A stretch of 62,768 bases of DNA, counting the filler. It is 6 parts of 6 records of this genome, joined end to end, with 100 filler letters (N's around TTAATTAATTAA, not from the genome) between each part and the next. Parts side by side here need not be neighbours in the genome. Positions count along the whole stretch, not along the records: positions 1 to 25,838 come from SRR20825010_4195; positions 25,939 to 42,603 come from SRR20825010_4196; 4 more parts are not named here. One strand, written 5' to 3'. Both the position numbers and the translations under genes were made by a program. Positions 19,806-28,740 of this stretch are shown piece after piece. How positions within the stretch are numbered: position 1 is the first letter of the stretch; each line of letters opens with the position of its first letter. Below the pieces are notes generated by a model. The model was not told the origin of the DNA. It did no database searches and saw only the letters and a program-made list of their open reading frames with translations.

Positions 19806-20246
19806 TTAGCCCTTTAGCATTCTTTTGTGGGGAATGCCATCTTCCAAATATTCTTCTCCAGTGGCATTAAAACCTAATTCCTTATAAAATTTTAAGAGAT
19901 AGGATTGTGCGGATATTTCTATGGATTTATCGGGAAACCTTTGGTTTATAGCTGCTAATGAGGCTTGCATAATCTGTTTGCCCAATCCATATTTTCGTTG
20001 TTCTTGGCTTACCACTACCCTGCCAATACTTACGTTGTCAAAATAATCACCTGGTTTAAAAATCCGGGTATAGGCAACAACCTCGTTATCTTTAATTCCC
20101 ATGACATGGAGCGCTTTTTGGTCCTTGTTGTCCACATCTTGGTATACACAATCTTGTTCCACTACAAAAACCTCGCTACGCAGTCGTAGAATTTGGTAAA
20201 GTTCTTTGGTAGAAAGCTCATCAAAAGTTTTAACGGAAACTTGCAT
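19806..20246 (-). CDS. elaA: GNAT N-acetyltransferase, ElaA family
   Basis: LRSEVFVVEQDCVYQDVD, SIGRVVV, ISAQSYL and YLEDGIPH motifs. Confidence 0.88.
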   Translation of the reverse strand: MQVSVKTFDELSTKELYQILRLRSEVFVVEQDCVYQDVDNKDQKALHVMGIKDNEVVAYTRIFKPGDYFDNVSIGRVVVSQEQRKYGLGKQIMQASLAAINQRFPDKSIEISAQSYLLKFYKELGFNATGEEYLEDGIPHKRMLKG

Positions 20247-21163
20247 TAATCTTGGACTATTACGCTTTTGGAATCACACTTATCAAACTCGGGCTGTATA
20301 TTGACATGGTTTATGCCATGTTTATGGTAGACATGTTCCTCAATTTTTTCAAGGATCTCATCAAACTCGGAAAGGCGGATATCATTTTTAAAATCGATAT
20401 GGGCCTCCATGTGAACTTCATCTTCATTGAGCTGCCATATATGCACATGGTGCACATTTTTCACCGGTTCTATGGTACAGATGGATTCCACAATGTCTTG
20501 GATTACCACTGATTTTGGGGTGAAAAGCATTAATACCTTGGTGGAATCCTTCAATAGGTCATATCCCATATAGATCAAATAGACACCTATGATCATGGTA
20601 AGGATGGCATCAACCCAATAGATTTGGAAATATTTCATCAAAATACCTCCTATCAATACGGCCACCGATGCCATCATATCGGTAAGTAGGTGCAAATAAG
20701 CGGATTTCATGTTCATATTGTCCTCCGAATCCTTTTTTAGGAGCAATACGCTAAAACCATTGCCCGCAATGGCTATCAAAGCGAGCCAAATTACCAAGTT
20801 GGATTCTATTTCTTGTGGTTCCATCAACCGTTCAACAGCTTCCTTCATTAAAATTATGGCCACGACCACCAAGGTCGCTGCATTGATAAACGCAGCCAAA
20901 ATTTCCGCACGCTTATACCCAAATGTTTTAAGATTGGATGCCTTTTTCTTTCCCAACCGCCTTGCAACATAACTTATAATCAAGCTAAGTACATCACTAA
21001 AATTATGGAGTGCGTCGGATAACAGTGCCAAACTTCCTGAAAGTAGTCCCCCAACAACCTGCGCCAAGGTTATACCTATGTTCAGAAAAATAGAAATAAG
21101 GAGATTTCTTCCCTTTAGATCGGGATGTGCATGCGAATGTGAATGTCCGTGATGATGACCCAT
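20246..21163 (-). CDS. Cation diffusion facilitator (CzcD/ZitB-like)
   Basis: His-rich N-terminus, SLALLSDALHNFSD, TFGYKRAEIL, AYLHLLTD and HHVHIWQL motifs. Confidence 0.92.
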   Translation of the reverse strand: MGHHHGHSHSHAHPDLKGRNLLISIFLNIGITLAQVVGGLLSGSLALLSDALHNFSDVLSLIISYVARRLGKKKASNLKTFGYKRAEILAAFINAATLVVVAIILMKEAVERLMEPQEIESNLVIWLALIAIAGNGFSVLLLKKDSEDNMNMKSAYLHLLTDMMASVAVLIGGILMKYFQIYWVDAILTMIIGVYLIYMGYDLLKDSTKVLMLFTPKSVVIQDIVESICTIEPVKNVHHVHIWQLNEDEVHMEAHIDFKNDIRLSEFDEILEKIEEHVYHKHGINHVNIQPEFDKCDSKSVIVQD

Positions 21164-21168
21164 AGAAC

Positions 21169-21600
21169 TTAACTACAAGGAATTTTTTCGATTCTACGTT
21201 CGTGCCTGCCCCCTTGAAACTCTGTTTTCAAAAACGTTTCCACCATATCCAATGCCTGCGGAAGTGCTATAAAACGTGCGGGCAGGCTCAAAATATTGGC
21301 ATCGTTGTGCTCCCTGGCCAATTCGGTGATCTCCTTGTTCCAACACAGGGCGCCCCTAACACCTTGGTGTTTATTTATGGTCATCGTGGCCCCGTTACCG
21401 CTACCGCATATAACAATGCCAAAATCTACCTTCCCTTCTTCCACATCCTTTGCTACGGGATGGGTAAAATCCGGATAGTCAACACTATCGGTTCCATCGG
21501 TTCCGTAGTTGACAACTTCTATTCCTTTAGATTTCAACAGACCGATAATGGCAAGTTTGTAATCGGTTCCCGCGTGGTCGTTTCCTATGGCAATTTTCAT
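21169..21600 (-). CDS. rpiB: Ribose-5-phosphate isomerase B
   Basis: MKIAIGNDHAG, DYPD, CGSGNG, AREHNDAN and GGRHERRI motifs. Confidence 0.95.
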   Translation of the reverse strand: MKIAIGNDHAGTDYKLAIIGLLKSKGIEVVNYGTDGTDSVDYPDFTHPVAKDVEEGKVDFGIVICGSGNGATMTINKHQGVRGALCWNKEITELAREHNDANILSLPARFIALPQALDMVETFLKTEFQGGRHERRIEKIPCS

Positions 21601-21627
21601 GGTTATAGTATTAAAATGGGTACATCG

Positions 21628-21635
21628 CAAAGGTA
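21628..21635 (-). promoter_or_regulatory. Bacteroidota -7 promoter element for rpiB
   Basis: Minus strand reads TACCTTTG(CG). Confidence 0.55.
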
Positions 21636-21649
21636 CAACATCTTTTCAT

Positions 21650-22115
21650 GTTCCGTTGTTTATAAAAATGATGGGATTTTTGCATTGGGTTAAAAAACAA
21701 TCAATTAACAGTAACATCATTTTGTTAATTATTTACATAAAACTTCTGGTAACGAAATTTTGTAATTCAAGAAAATCGATCAGTAGGAATAATTATTTAA
21801 TGTTGCGTTGATATTCGATTAAAAATTAATCAACCAATATCAAGAACTTTTTTACGGTAATTAACATTAAAAACACATTAACTTTTCAATAAATTGATGT
21901 TGATAACGGTTATTAAAAACTGTGTACAAAAAATCTAATCGTTTGATTTTTAAATTTCTTGTGGTCTTACAAATTGTGAACAAACTATTTTGATCGTTCA
22001 AAGCAACTTTTTTGAAAGAATTTTATTCCACATTTCAACGATCCATCATAACCATCATTTTAATTAAATTTTAAAAAGAAGAAAAAATATAATATTGATT
22101 ATTGTTGATAAAGTT
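21650..22115. other. Probable chromosomal replication origin (oriC)
   Basis: Long AT-rich intergenic region between divergent rpiB and rnr. DnaA-box-like 9-mers: TGTTGATAA 21898 and 22103, TGTGTACAA 21921, TGTGAACAA 21975, TATTCCACA 22024. Trio-like CATCATAACCATCAT at 22044-22058 is followed by an A/T tract. Confidence 0.65.
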
Positions 22116-22194
22116 GACTTTGTTTGAGATTACTCTTCCTTTCCTTGTTGGTCAAGGATTATAATTCGTATTTTTCAAAAAAATAAGGACGTTA

Positions 22195-24378
22195 ATGTCA
22201 AAGAAAAAGAAGAGAGCTGGTAGTCAGCGAAAGAATGAAATTACGAAGGGCATTTTCACCGTACTGGAAAAGGAACCATCTAAGAGCTTCAATTATAAGC
22301 AAATAGCATCAAAACTCGGAATAGAGGATACACAAGACCGAAACCTTTTGATCAAACGTTTGGGACAGTTAAAGGCGAGTGAACGTATTTTGGAGCCCGA
22401 ACGGGGCAAGTATCAAAAGAAGCGATCACTTCATACGTATTATACGGGTAGGGTGGATTTGACCACAAGTGGCAACGCCTATATCATTGTGGATGAACTG
22501 GAAGACGACATCTTTGTACAGAACAATAATTTGAACAGGGCCTTTCATGGGGATACGGTCGAGGTTTTTATCAAACCAAGACGTAAGAGCAAAAAAATGG
22601 AAGGTGAAATTTCCAAGGTACTCGAGCGCAAGAAGACCTCTTATGTAGGTATTGTGGACAAGCAGAAAAGTTTTGCTTTTGTTCGTCCTACCGATTCCAG
22701 GATGTATACCGATATTTTTGTCCCACCGGAAAAATTGAAAAAGGCGAACGATGGCGACAAGGTATTGGTCAATATGGGTGATTGGCCGGATGATACCGAT
22801 TCTCCATACGGGGAAATTGTGGAAGTACTGGGACGCCCCGGGGAACACAACACCGAGATACATTCCATTTTGGCCGAATACGGTTTACCGCATGAGTTTC
22901 CTTATGAGGTAGAACAGTTTGCCAAAACATTGGATACCAGTATAAAGGAATCGGAAATTGCCAAGCGAAGGGATATGCGCGATGTGCTTACCTTTACCAT
23001 AGATCCAAAGGATGCCAAGGATTTTGACGATGCCCTTTCCTTCCAGAAATTGGAGAATGGCAATTATGAAATAGGAATCCATATAGCCGATGTATCACAC
23101 TATGTTCAGCCGGATACCATTTTGGAGGACGAAGCCTACGATAGGGCCACATCGGTATATTTGGTGGACCGTGTGGTTCCCATGTTACCGGAGGTACTGT
23201 CCAACATGGCCTGTTCCCTTCGACCCAACGAGGAGAAGTATACCTTCTCTGCGGTTTTCGAAATGGACGACAATGCCAAATTGGTCAATCAATGGTTTGG
23301 CAGGACCGCCATTAATTCGAACGAACGTTTTGCCTACGAAGAGGCTCAGCACATTATTGAAACCGAGCAAAACAAGATTCCAAAAGAGATATCCATTCGC
23401 GAAAACGCTTATTCGGTATCTGATGATGTTGTGGATGCCGTTCTCACTTTTGATCGGTTGGCAAAGATCATGAGGCAGGCCCGAATGGACGCCGGAGCCA
23501 TTTCTTTTGATAAGATAGAGGTCAAGTTCCATTTGTCCGAAGACAATGAGCCTGTCGGTGTTTTCTTTAAAGAAGCAAAGGACGCCAACAAATTGATCGA
23601 GGAATTTATGCTCCTGGCCAATAGAAAGGTTGCCGAGTTTATAGGAAAACAGAAAAAAACGTTTGTGTACCGGGTGCACGACAAGCCGGACGAGGACAAA
23701 TTAATGGCCCTCAACGGTGTTATTTCCAGATTCGGACACAGTATAAACCTAAAGGACAGTAAGACCATTAACCAGTCCCTAAACAAGTTGTTGGAGGACG
23801 TAAAGGGCAAGAAAGAACAAAACTTGGTGGATACCTTGGCCATCCGTAGTATGAGCAAGGCCATTTATACCACGGAAAATATTGGGCACTACGGACTGGG
23901 ATTTGACTACTATACCCATTTTACTTCACCCATACGGCGTTATCCGGATGTAATGGTCCACCGCTTGCTACAACATTATCTGGATAAGGAAAAAGCACCA
24001 AAAGCCACCGTATACGAAGAAAAGTGCAAGCATTCCTCCGATATGGAACTATTGGCGGCCAATGCGGAGCGGGATTCCATCAAGTACATGCAGATCAAGT
24101 TTATGGAGGACCACAAGGACCAGGAATTCCTTGGTGTGATTTCCGGCGTTACCGAGTGGGGCATATATGTAGAGATTGTTGAGAACAAATGTGAGGGCAT
24201 GGTACGTATCCGCGATATTAAAGATGATTACTATATTTTTGATGAACGCCAGTATGCCATAGTGGGAGAGCGAACCAAACGGATGTATCAGTTGGGAGAC
24301 GAGGTTTACGTAATGGTGAAAAACACTGATTTGGTAAAAAGGCATCTCGACTTTTCGTTGATCGGTAAAAAGAAATAA
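22195..24378 (+). CDS. rnr: Ribonuclease R
   Basis: RNB domain TIDPKDAKDFDDALS, IEEFMLLAN and YTHFTSPIRRYPD; C-terminal S1 domain. Confidence 0.97.
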   Translation: MSKKKKRAGSQRKNEITKGIFTVLEKEPSKSFNYKQIASKLGIEDTQDRNLLIKRLGQLKASERILEPERGKYQKKRSLHTYYTGRVDLTTSGNAYIIVDELEDDIFVQNNNLNRAFHGDTVEVFIKPRRKSKKMEGEISKVLERKKTSYVGIVDKQKSFAFVRPTDSRMYTDIFVPPEKLKKANDGDKVLVNMGDWPDDTDSPYGEIVEVLGRPGEHNTEIHSILAEYGLPHEFPYEVEQFAKTLDTSIKESEIAKRRDMRDVLTFTIDPKDAKDFDDALSFQKLENGNYEIGIHIADVSHYVQPDTILEDEAYDRATSVYLVDRVVPMLPEVLSNMACSLRPNEEKYTFSAVFEMDDNAKLVNQWFGRTAINSNERFAYEEAQHIIETEQNKIPKEISIRENAYSVSDDVVDAVLTFDRLAKIMRQARMDAGAISFDKIEVKFHLSEDNEPVGVFFKEAKDANKLIEEFMLLANRKVAEFIGKQKKTFVYRVHDKPDEDKLMALNGVISRFGHSINLKDSKTINQSLNKLLEDVKGKKEQNLVDTLAIRSMSKAIYTTENIGHYGLGFDYYTHFTSPIRRYPDVMVHRLLQHYLDKEKAPKATVYEEKCKHSSDMELLAANAERDSIKYMQIKFMEDHKDQEFLGVISGVTEWGIYVEIVENKCEGMVRIRDIKDDYYIFDERQYAIVGERTKRMYQLGDEVYVMVKNTDLVKRHLDFSLIGKKK

Positions 24379-24430
24379 TACTATTTTGGAATAAAGTTTG
24401 TTATCCTATTGAGAACCAAATTTTTATAAC

Positions 24431-25111
24431 ATGAGAATTATTACGATTGTTATTTTGTTCCTATCCCTTCAATATATTGAGGCCCAGGATGCTACCATAA
24501 CCCAAAACCTACAAAAGTTTACCGAAGTAAAGGGTTTTGATGGTATTTCCATCAACTTGATACGATCAAATGAAAACAAAGCGGTGATTACTGGTGCAAA
24601 TACCACCAATGTGGCCATTGTCAATAATGAAGGTATTTTGAAAATCCGAATGGAAATCGTTAAAATATTCAGTGGATATAGAACCTATGTAGATCTTTAT
24701 CACTCTGAAGAATTAGTGGTTATAGATGTAAACGAGGATGCAAGAATTTCTTCCGATGATACCTATGTGCAAAAAGTCTTGGAACTTAAGGCACAGGAGG
24801 GCGGGGAGCTGGAAATCAATTGTGAGGTAGACCAGCTGTTGATAAAAGCGGTTTCCGGCGGTAAAATTTTTGCTGGGGGCTTTTCCAATAACCAAGATGT
24901 GATCATCAATACCGGTGGTGAATACAGCGGAAGAAACTTTAAAACAAAGTTTACCACCATTAACGTCAATGCAGGTGGCAATGCCGAAATTTATGCATCG
25001 GACTACGTAAAGGCCAATGTAAAGGCCGGTGGCGAAGTACTGGTATATGGTGATCCGAAGAAAATGGACGAGCAGACCCTTTTTGGTGGAAAAATAAAAA
25101 GAGTGAATTAA
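24431..25111 (+). CDS. Head GIN domain (DUF2807) secreted protein
   Basis: Signal peptide; beta-repeat pattern (NAGGNAEI, KAGGEVLVYGDP). Confidence 0.75.
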   Translation: MRIITIVILFLSLQYIEAQDATITQNLQKFTEVKGFDGISINLIRSNENKAVITGANTTNVAIVNNEGILKIRMEIVKIFSGYRTYVDLYHSEELVVIDVNEDARISSDDTYVQKVLELKAQEGGELEINCEVDQLLIKAVSGGKIFAGGFSNNQDVIINTGGEYSGRNFKTKFTTINVNAGGNAEIYASDYVKANVKAGGEVLVYGDPKKMDEQTLFGGKIKRVN

Positions 25112-25113
25112 AA

Positions 25114-25776
25114 ATGATTGATGATATCCAAGCTGCGATCCCTTTGGGATTTCTATTGAGCTTTATGATCGGACCTGTTTTCTTTGTTTTGTTGGAAACG
25201 AGTGCCACAAAAGGTTTCAGGGCGGGAGTAAGTTTGGATATAGGGGTAATTTTGGCCGATATTGTTTTTTTGCTCATTGCCTATTTCAGCAGTTTTCAGT
25301 TATTGGAGAATTTGAGCAACGAACCTGGATTGTTTGTTTTTGGGGGGATGATCTTATTGGTCTACGGAATTTTTCTTTTTGTAAAGAAGGCCAAGAAAAA
25401 GACCAATGTCAGGGCATCTAAGGGTACTTATTTTGGACTGTTGGCAAAGGGATTTCTTTTGAATTTTATAAATATCGGCGTATTGGCATTTTGGTTGGGG
25501 CTTATTATCGTTGTCGGACCCAGTTTGGAGAACAATCCCAATAGAATGATGGTATTTTTCGGTACCGTGTTGGTAGTCTATTTTGCAACCGACCTGATTA
25601 AGATTATTTTGGCCAAACAGTTAAAAAAGTACTTGACCCAAGAACGTATCGTTTTGATTAAAAAGGGATTGGGAATTGTATTGATCATTTGTGGTATCGT
25701 ATTGATAAGCAAGGGTTTTTTACCGAGCGACAGGTTTGATCTACAGGAACGTATTGAAAGAATAGAGGATTTATAA
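25114..25776 (+). CDS. LysE-family translocator
   Basis: IGPVFFVLLETSATKGFRAG..G...D and GFLLNFINIG motifs; about six TMs. Confidence 0.85.
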   Translation: MIDDIQAAIPLGFLLSFMIGPVFFVLLETSATKGFRAGVSLDIGVILADIVFLLIAYFSSFQLLENLSNEPGLFVFGGMILLVYGIFLFVKKAKKKTNVRASKGTYFGLLAKGFLLNFINIGVLAFWLGLIIVVGPSLENNPNRMMVFFGTVLVVYFATDLIKIILAKQLKKYLTQERIVLIKKGLGIVLIICGIVLISKGFLPSDRFDLQERIERIEDL

Positions 25777-25780
25777 AACA

Positions 25781-25810
25781 AAAAAACCCAGCACTTAGTA
25801 CTGGGTTTTT
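25781..25810. terminator. Bidirectional intrinsic terminator between convergent lysE and the tRNA
   Basis: AAAAAACCCAG-N9-CTGGGTTTTT. Confidence 0.8.
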
Positions 25811-25811
25811 G

Positions 25812-25838
25812 AGGCATCGAGCGGATTCGAACCGCTGT
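25812..25838 (-). tRNA. 3' part of a tRNA, probably tRNA-Cys, truncated at the contig end
   Basis: Reverse complement ACAGCGGTTCGAATCCGCTCGATGCCT gives the T-arm (GGTTCGAATCC), acceptor 3' strand and a U discriminator typical of Cys. Anticodon not present. Confidence 0.78.
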
Positions 25839-25938
25839 NNNNNNNNNNNNNNNNNNNNNNNNNNNNNNNNNNNNNNNNNNNNTTAATTAATTAANNNNNN
25901 NNNNNNNNNNNNNNNNNNNNNNNNNNNNNNNNNNNNNN
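25839..25938. other. Artificial contig linker
   Basis: 44 N + TTAATTAATTAA (stops in all frames) + 44 N, with an abrupt composition change across it. Confidence 0.97.
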
Positions 25939-25959
25939 GTTCCAAAGCATCGGCTGGGA

Positions 25960-25981
25960 TGCCATGTGGAACATGGCCTAC
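25960..25981 (-). repeat. GTAG-type REP hairpin
   Basis: Reverse complement GTAG-GCCATGT-TCC-ACATGGC-A. Confidence 0.65.
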
Positions 25982-25996
25982 TTGGTGCACAAACGC

Positions 25997-26069
25997 CGTA
26001 GCCGGATTCGCCAAGAATTCGGAATGCAACAAGACGTTTGAATCCGAATTCTTGACGAATCCGGCTACG
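25997..26069. repeat. GTAG-type REP doublet (REPIN-like inverted repeat)
   Basis: 27-nt arm CGTAGCCGGATTCGCCAAGAATTCGGA (25997-26023) and its inverse (26043-26069), one mismatch. Confidence 0.85.
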
Positions 26070-26088
26070 TTCAGATTGATGTTGGAAC

Positions 26089-27681
26089 TTATGTCACGGT
26101 GGCGATGATCGTCCACACACCGGTGATCAACATCGCAATGCCCGACAACCACAGCATGGCGTCCCAAAGCTTGCCGGGGCGCAGTCCATCGACGGAGCGT
26201 TTGTAGCGAAACCAAATCGCGGCTCCGGCGATCATCGGCAACACCACGCCTTGGGTGACTCCGCTGATCAAAACCAATTTCGCCGGTGAAGGAAACGCGA
26301 GGTAAAACACCAAGCTCATGATTGGGAAAAACGCACCAAGGCCACGCACCCATTTGTCTCTCGTCGCTTGGCTGTCGTCGATCCATCCGATTACCCGCAG
26401 GGCATCGGAGAACACACGTGCGTGCCCGGCACAGGCGACGAAGAAGGTGCTGTACAGCACCGCGATCGCACCAAACAAAAACAGTGCCGCGGCCCAGTTC
26501 GAAAAGACGGGCACGTACATCACCGCCAACGTCCGCACCAAATCGGACTTCTCAGGATTCAGTCCGACACGGTGCAATACGGCGGCACCGAGCAAATAGA
26601 ACGCGATGGTGGCAAACGTGTAGACCAGCATGGATCCCCAAGCGTCGACCTGCATCACCCGCATCCATCCCGCTGCCCGTTCACGCCACTCGGGCGTGCC
26701 ATCGTCTTTGCCGGTGAACTTCGCATAGCCTTTTTCGAGGCACCAATACGGATAAGCGACCAACTCACCGGCTCCCACGCCGATGATGCCAAACGTTGCC
26801 AGCGCGGTCGCGAGCGCGGTGCTGCCGTTGACCGAGGAGGGCAGGGCACCTTTCAATCCGGAAAAGAATTCTTGCGTTGTAACGCGGTAATCGACTTCGC
26901 CCTGCAACAAGAACAAGTTGATCAGCGTGAGCAAAGTGAACGATCCGACCAACACGGTGCTGAACGTTTGGATCAATCCATATCGACCGACGAACAATAG
27001 GACGCATGTTGCAATGGTGATGATGGTCGCCCAGAGTTTGATGTCCGGCGGTTCATTTTTTCCGTGTTCCAGTTCATGAGTGACTCGCATTGCGACCACC
27101 TCGGCTTCTCGGGCGTCGAGTTCTTTGAGACGCTGAGGAGTTGGAGCGTTGGATTCAGGATCGTTGGAACCACTTGTGGCGGTGCCGTCATCGGACAAGA
27201 CGGATTCGGATCGGGCCGCATATCGTTCGAACGTCAGCAGTTGTTCCGCGTCGGCGACACGATTTTCTGAAACGCCCTGTGCGGTGGCCGGCATCGTGAG
27301 TGCTACTGCTTGTCCGACGCTGCCGACGATCCCGCCCTGTTGTCCGATGCTGGCCAGCCACATGACCGCCCAAGCCCAAACCAACCAATTGCCGTGGCGA
27401 CCCAGTCTCGGGCCGGGCAATTCGTTGAAACCTTGCAACGACGTTTTTCCACTGATCAATGTGTAACGCCCCATTTCGACTTGGGTGAACACTTTGACCA
27501 CGCAACCCAGCAGGATCAACCAAAGCAATGTGAAGCCAGCTTCGGCACCGGTTTTGGTCGTTGCGATCAGTTCGCCGCTGCCCACAATCGATCCGGCGAT
27601 GATCAATCCAGGCCCAATGTTGGTAAGAATTCGCCACCAATGCGTCGGCGGATCTCGGCGTCCAGATTCAGATGATTTCAA
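26089..27681 (-). CDS. NRAMP-related (YcsG-like) transporter; start uncertain
   Basis: IGPGLIIAGSIVGSGELI..T..GAEAGF.LLW motif and about 11 TMs. Lacks the MntH DPGN motif. Start placed at an in-frame TTG because the longer ORF overlaps the divergent gene. Confidence 0.8.
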   Translation of the reverse strand: MKSSESGRRDPPTHWWRILTNIGPGLIIAGSIVGSGELIATTKTGAEAGFTLLWLILLGCVVKVFTQVEMGRYTLISGKTSLQGFNELPGPRLGRHGNWLVWAWAVMWLASIGQQGGIVGSVGQAVALTMPATAQGVSENRVADAEQLLTFERYAARSESVLSDDGTATSGSNDPESNAPTPQRLKELDAREAEVVAMRVTHELEHGKNEPPDIKLWATIITIATCVLLFVGRYGLIQTFSTVLVGSFTLLTLINLFLLQGEVDYRVTTQEFFSGLKGALPSSVNGSTALATALATFGIIGVGAGELVAYPYWCLEKGYAKFTGKDDGTPEWRERAAGWMRVMQVDAWGSMLVYTFATIAFYLLGAAVLHRVGLNPEKSDLVRTLAVMYVPVFSNWAAALFLFGAIAVLYSTFFVACAGHARVFSDALRVIGWIDDSQATRDKWVRGLGAFFPIMSLVFYLAFPSPAKLVLISGVTQGVVLPMIAGAAIWFRYKRSVDGLRPGKLWDAMLWLSGIAMLITGVWTIIATVT

Positions 27682-27746
27682 AACGTGCTCGCGATCGACA
27701 ACAGAGGTGGGATGAAGTGGCGAAAGCTTGATATAGTAGCACCACC

Positions 27747-28670
27747 ATGCCACGCGATGAAAACCAACTCGATGCTGAAAATCAGCGAGCGCTCGACACC
27801 ACCATTGGTGTTGTGACGCCGGAGAACATTGCGTTTGAGTATCAGTTGGCAGGGCCGTTTCGGCGGTTGCCGGCTTACATCATTGATGTGTTGGTGCGAG
27901 TCGCCGTGATTGGCGCAATCATCTTGTTCTTGCTGTTGTTCATCGGTTTGTCCGGTTTGCGAGAACTCGGTGCGTTCGCGATTGCCGCTGGGATCATCAG
28001 TTACTTTTTGATCAGTTGGTTCTACGGCGCGGCCTTGGAAGCCTGGTTCAACGGTCGGACCGTTGGGAAATGGGCCTGCGGCATTCGAGTGATCGATGTC
28101 GATGGGTGTCCGATCAATGGCAAACGGGCCGTGCTGCGGAATTTGCTGCGGATCGCGGATCTGGCTCCCGTCGCAGCACTGAGCAGTATCGACGAGAACA
28201 TTCCTCCGATGTTTTTGATTCCGACCGGGATGGTGGGATTGATTTGCGTGATCAGCACGCGGCGAATGCAGCGACTCGGCGACATCGCCAGTGGCACCAT
28301 GGTCATCATCGATGAAAAGACGTGGCAATTGCCCGTCGCCAAGATCGATGACCCGCGGGTCGCTCCGCTGGCCACATTCATCCCCGGCGACTATGCGATT
28401 TCGCGAAGCATGGCGAGGACATTGGCGGTCTATGCCGAGCGTCGGCATTACCTGACGCCAGCTCGACGTCGCGAAATTGCTCGGCACCTGACGCTGCCGC
28501 TGATTGATCGGTTCGAATTTCGGCCTGACATCGACGCGGACTTGCTGATGATCGCGTTGTACTACAAGACGTTTTTGGCCGAACGAAACGCCGAGCCCGC
28601 CGATTTAGGGCCGCTGGCCGGGTACAGTCCCCTGGTTCGCGACATGGCCGCTCAGGCGTCGAACGCCTGA
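27747..28670 (+). CDS. RDD family membrane protein
   Basis: TPENIAFEYQLAGPFRRLPAYIID, GRTVGK, RNLLRIAD and QRLGDIASGT motifs. Confidence 0.9.
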   Translation: MPRDENQLDAENQRALDTTIGVVTPENIAFEYQLAGPFRRLPAYIIDVLVRVAVIGAIILFLLLFIGLSGLRELGAFAIAAGIISYFLISWFYGAALEAWFNGRTVGKWACGIRVIDVDGCPINGKRAVLRNLLRIADLAPVAALSSIDENIPPMFLIPTGMVGLICVISTRRMQRLGDIASGTMVIIDEKTWQLPVAKIDDPRVAPLATFIPGDYAISRSMARTLAVYAERRHYLTPARRREIARHLTLPLIDRFEFRPDIDADLLMIALYYKTFLAERNAEPADLGPLAGYSPLVRDMAAQASNA

Positions 28671-28740
28671 GAACGGCGGCCAATTGCCGAGTTTCACGCG
28701 GCGGAGGGTTCACCTTGCGATGCCGCCGACATTTTCGGTA

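Noticed and set aside
1-25838. tRNA-bounded segment as an integrated genomic island
   Set aside because: The two tRNA fragments are different tRNAs rather than att duplicates, there is no integrase, and the content is core genome.
25883-25894. TTAATTAATTAA recurring five times, as a biological repeat or CRISPR-like unit
   Set aside because: Always centred in 44-N pads; it is a six-frame-stop assembly spacer.
25883-26386. 167-aa minus-strand ORF running into the linker
   Set aside because: Overlaps the transporter in another frame, then reads through REP repeats and Ns; no coding signal.
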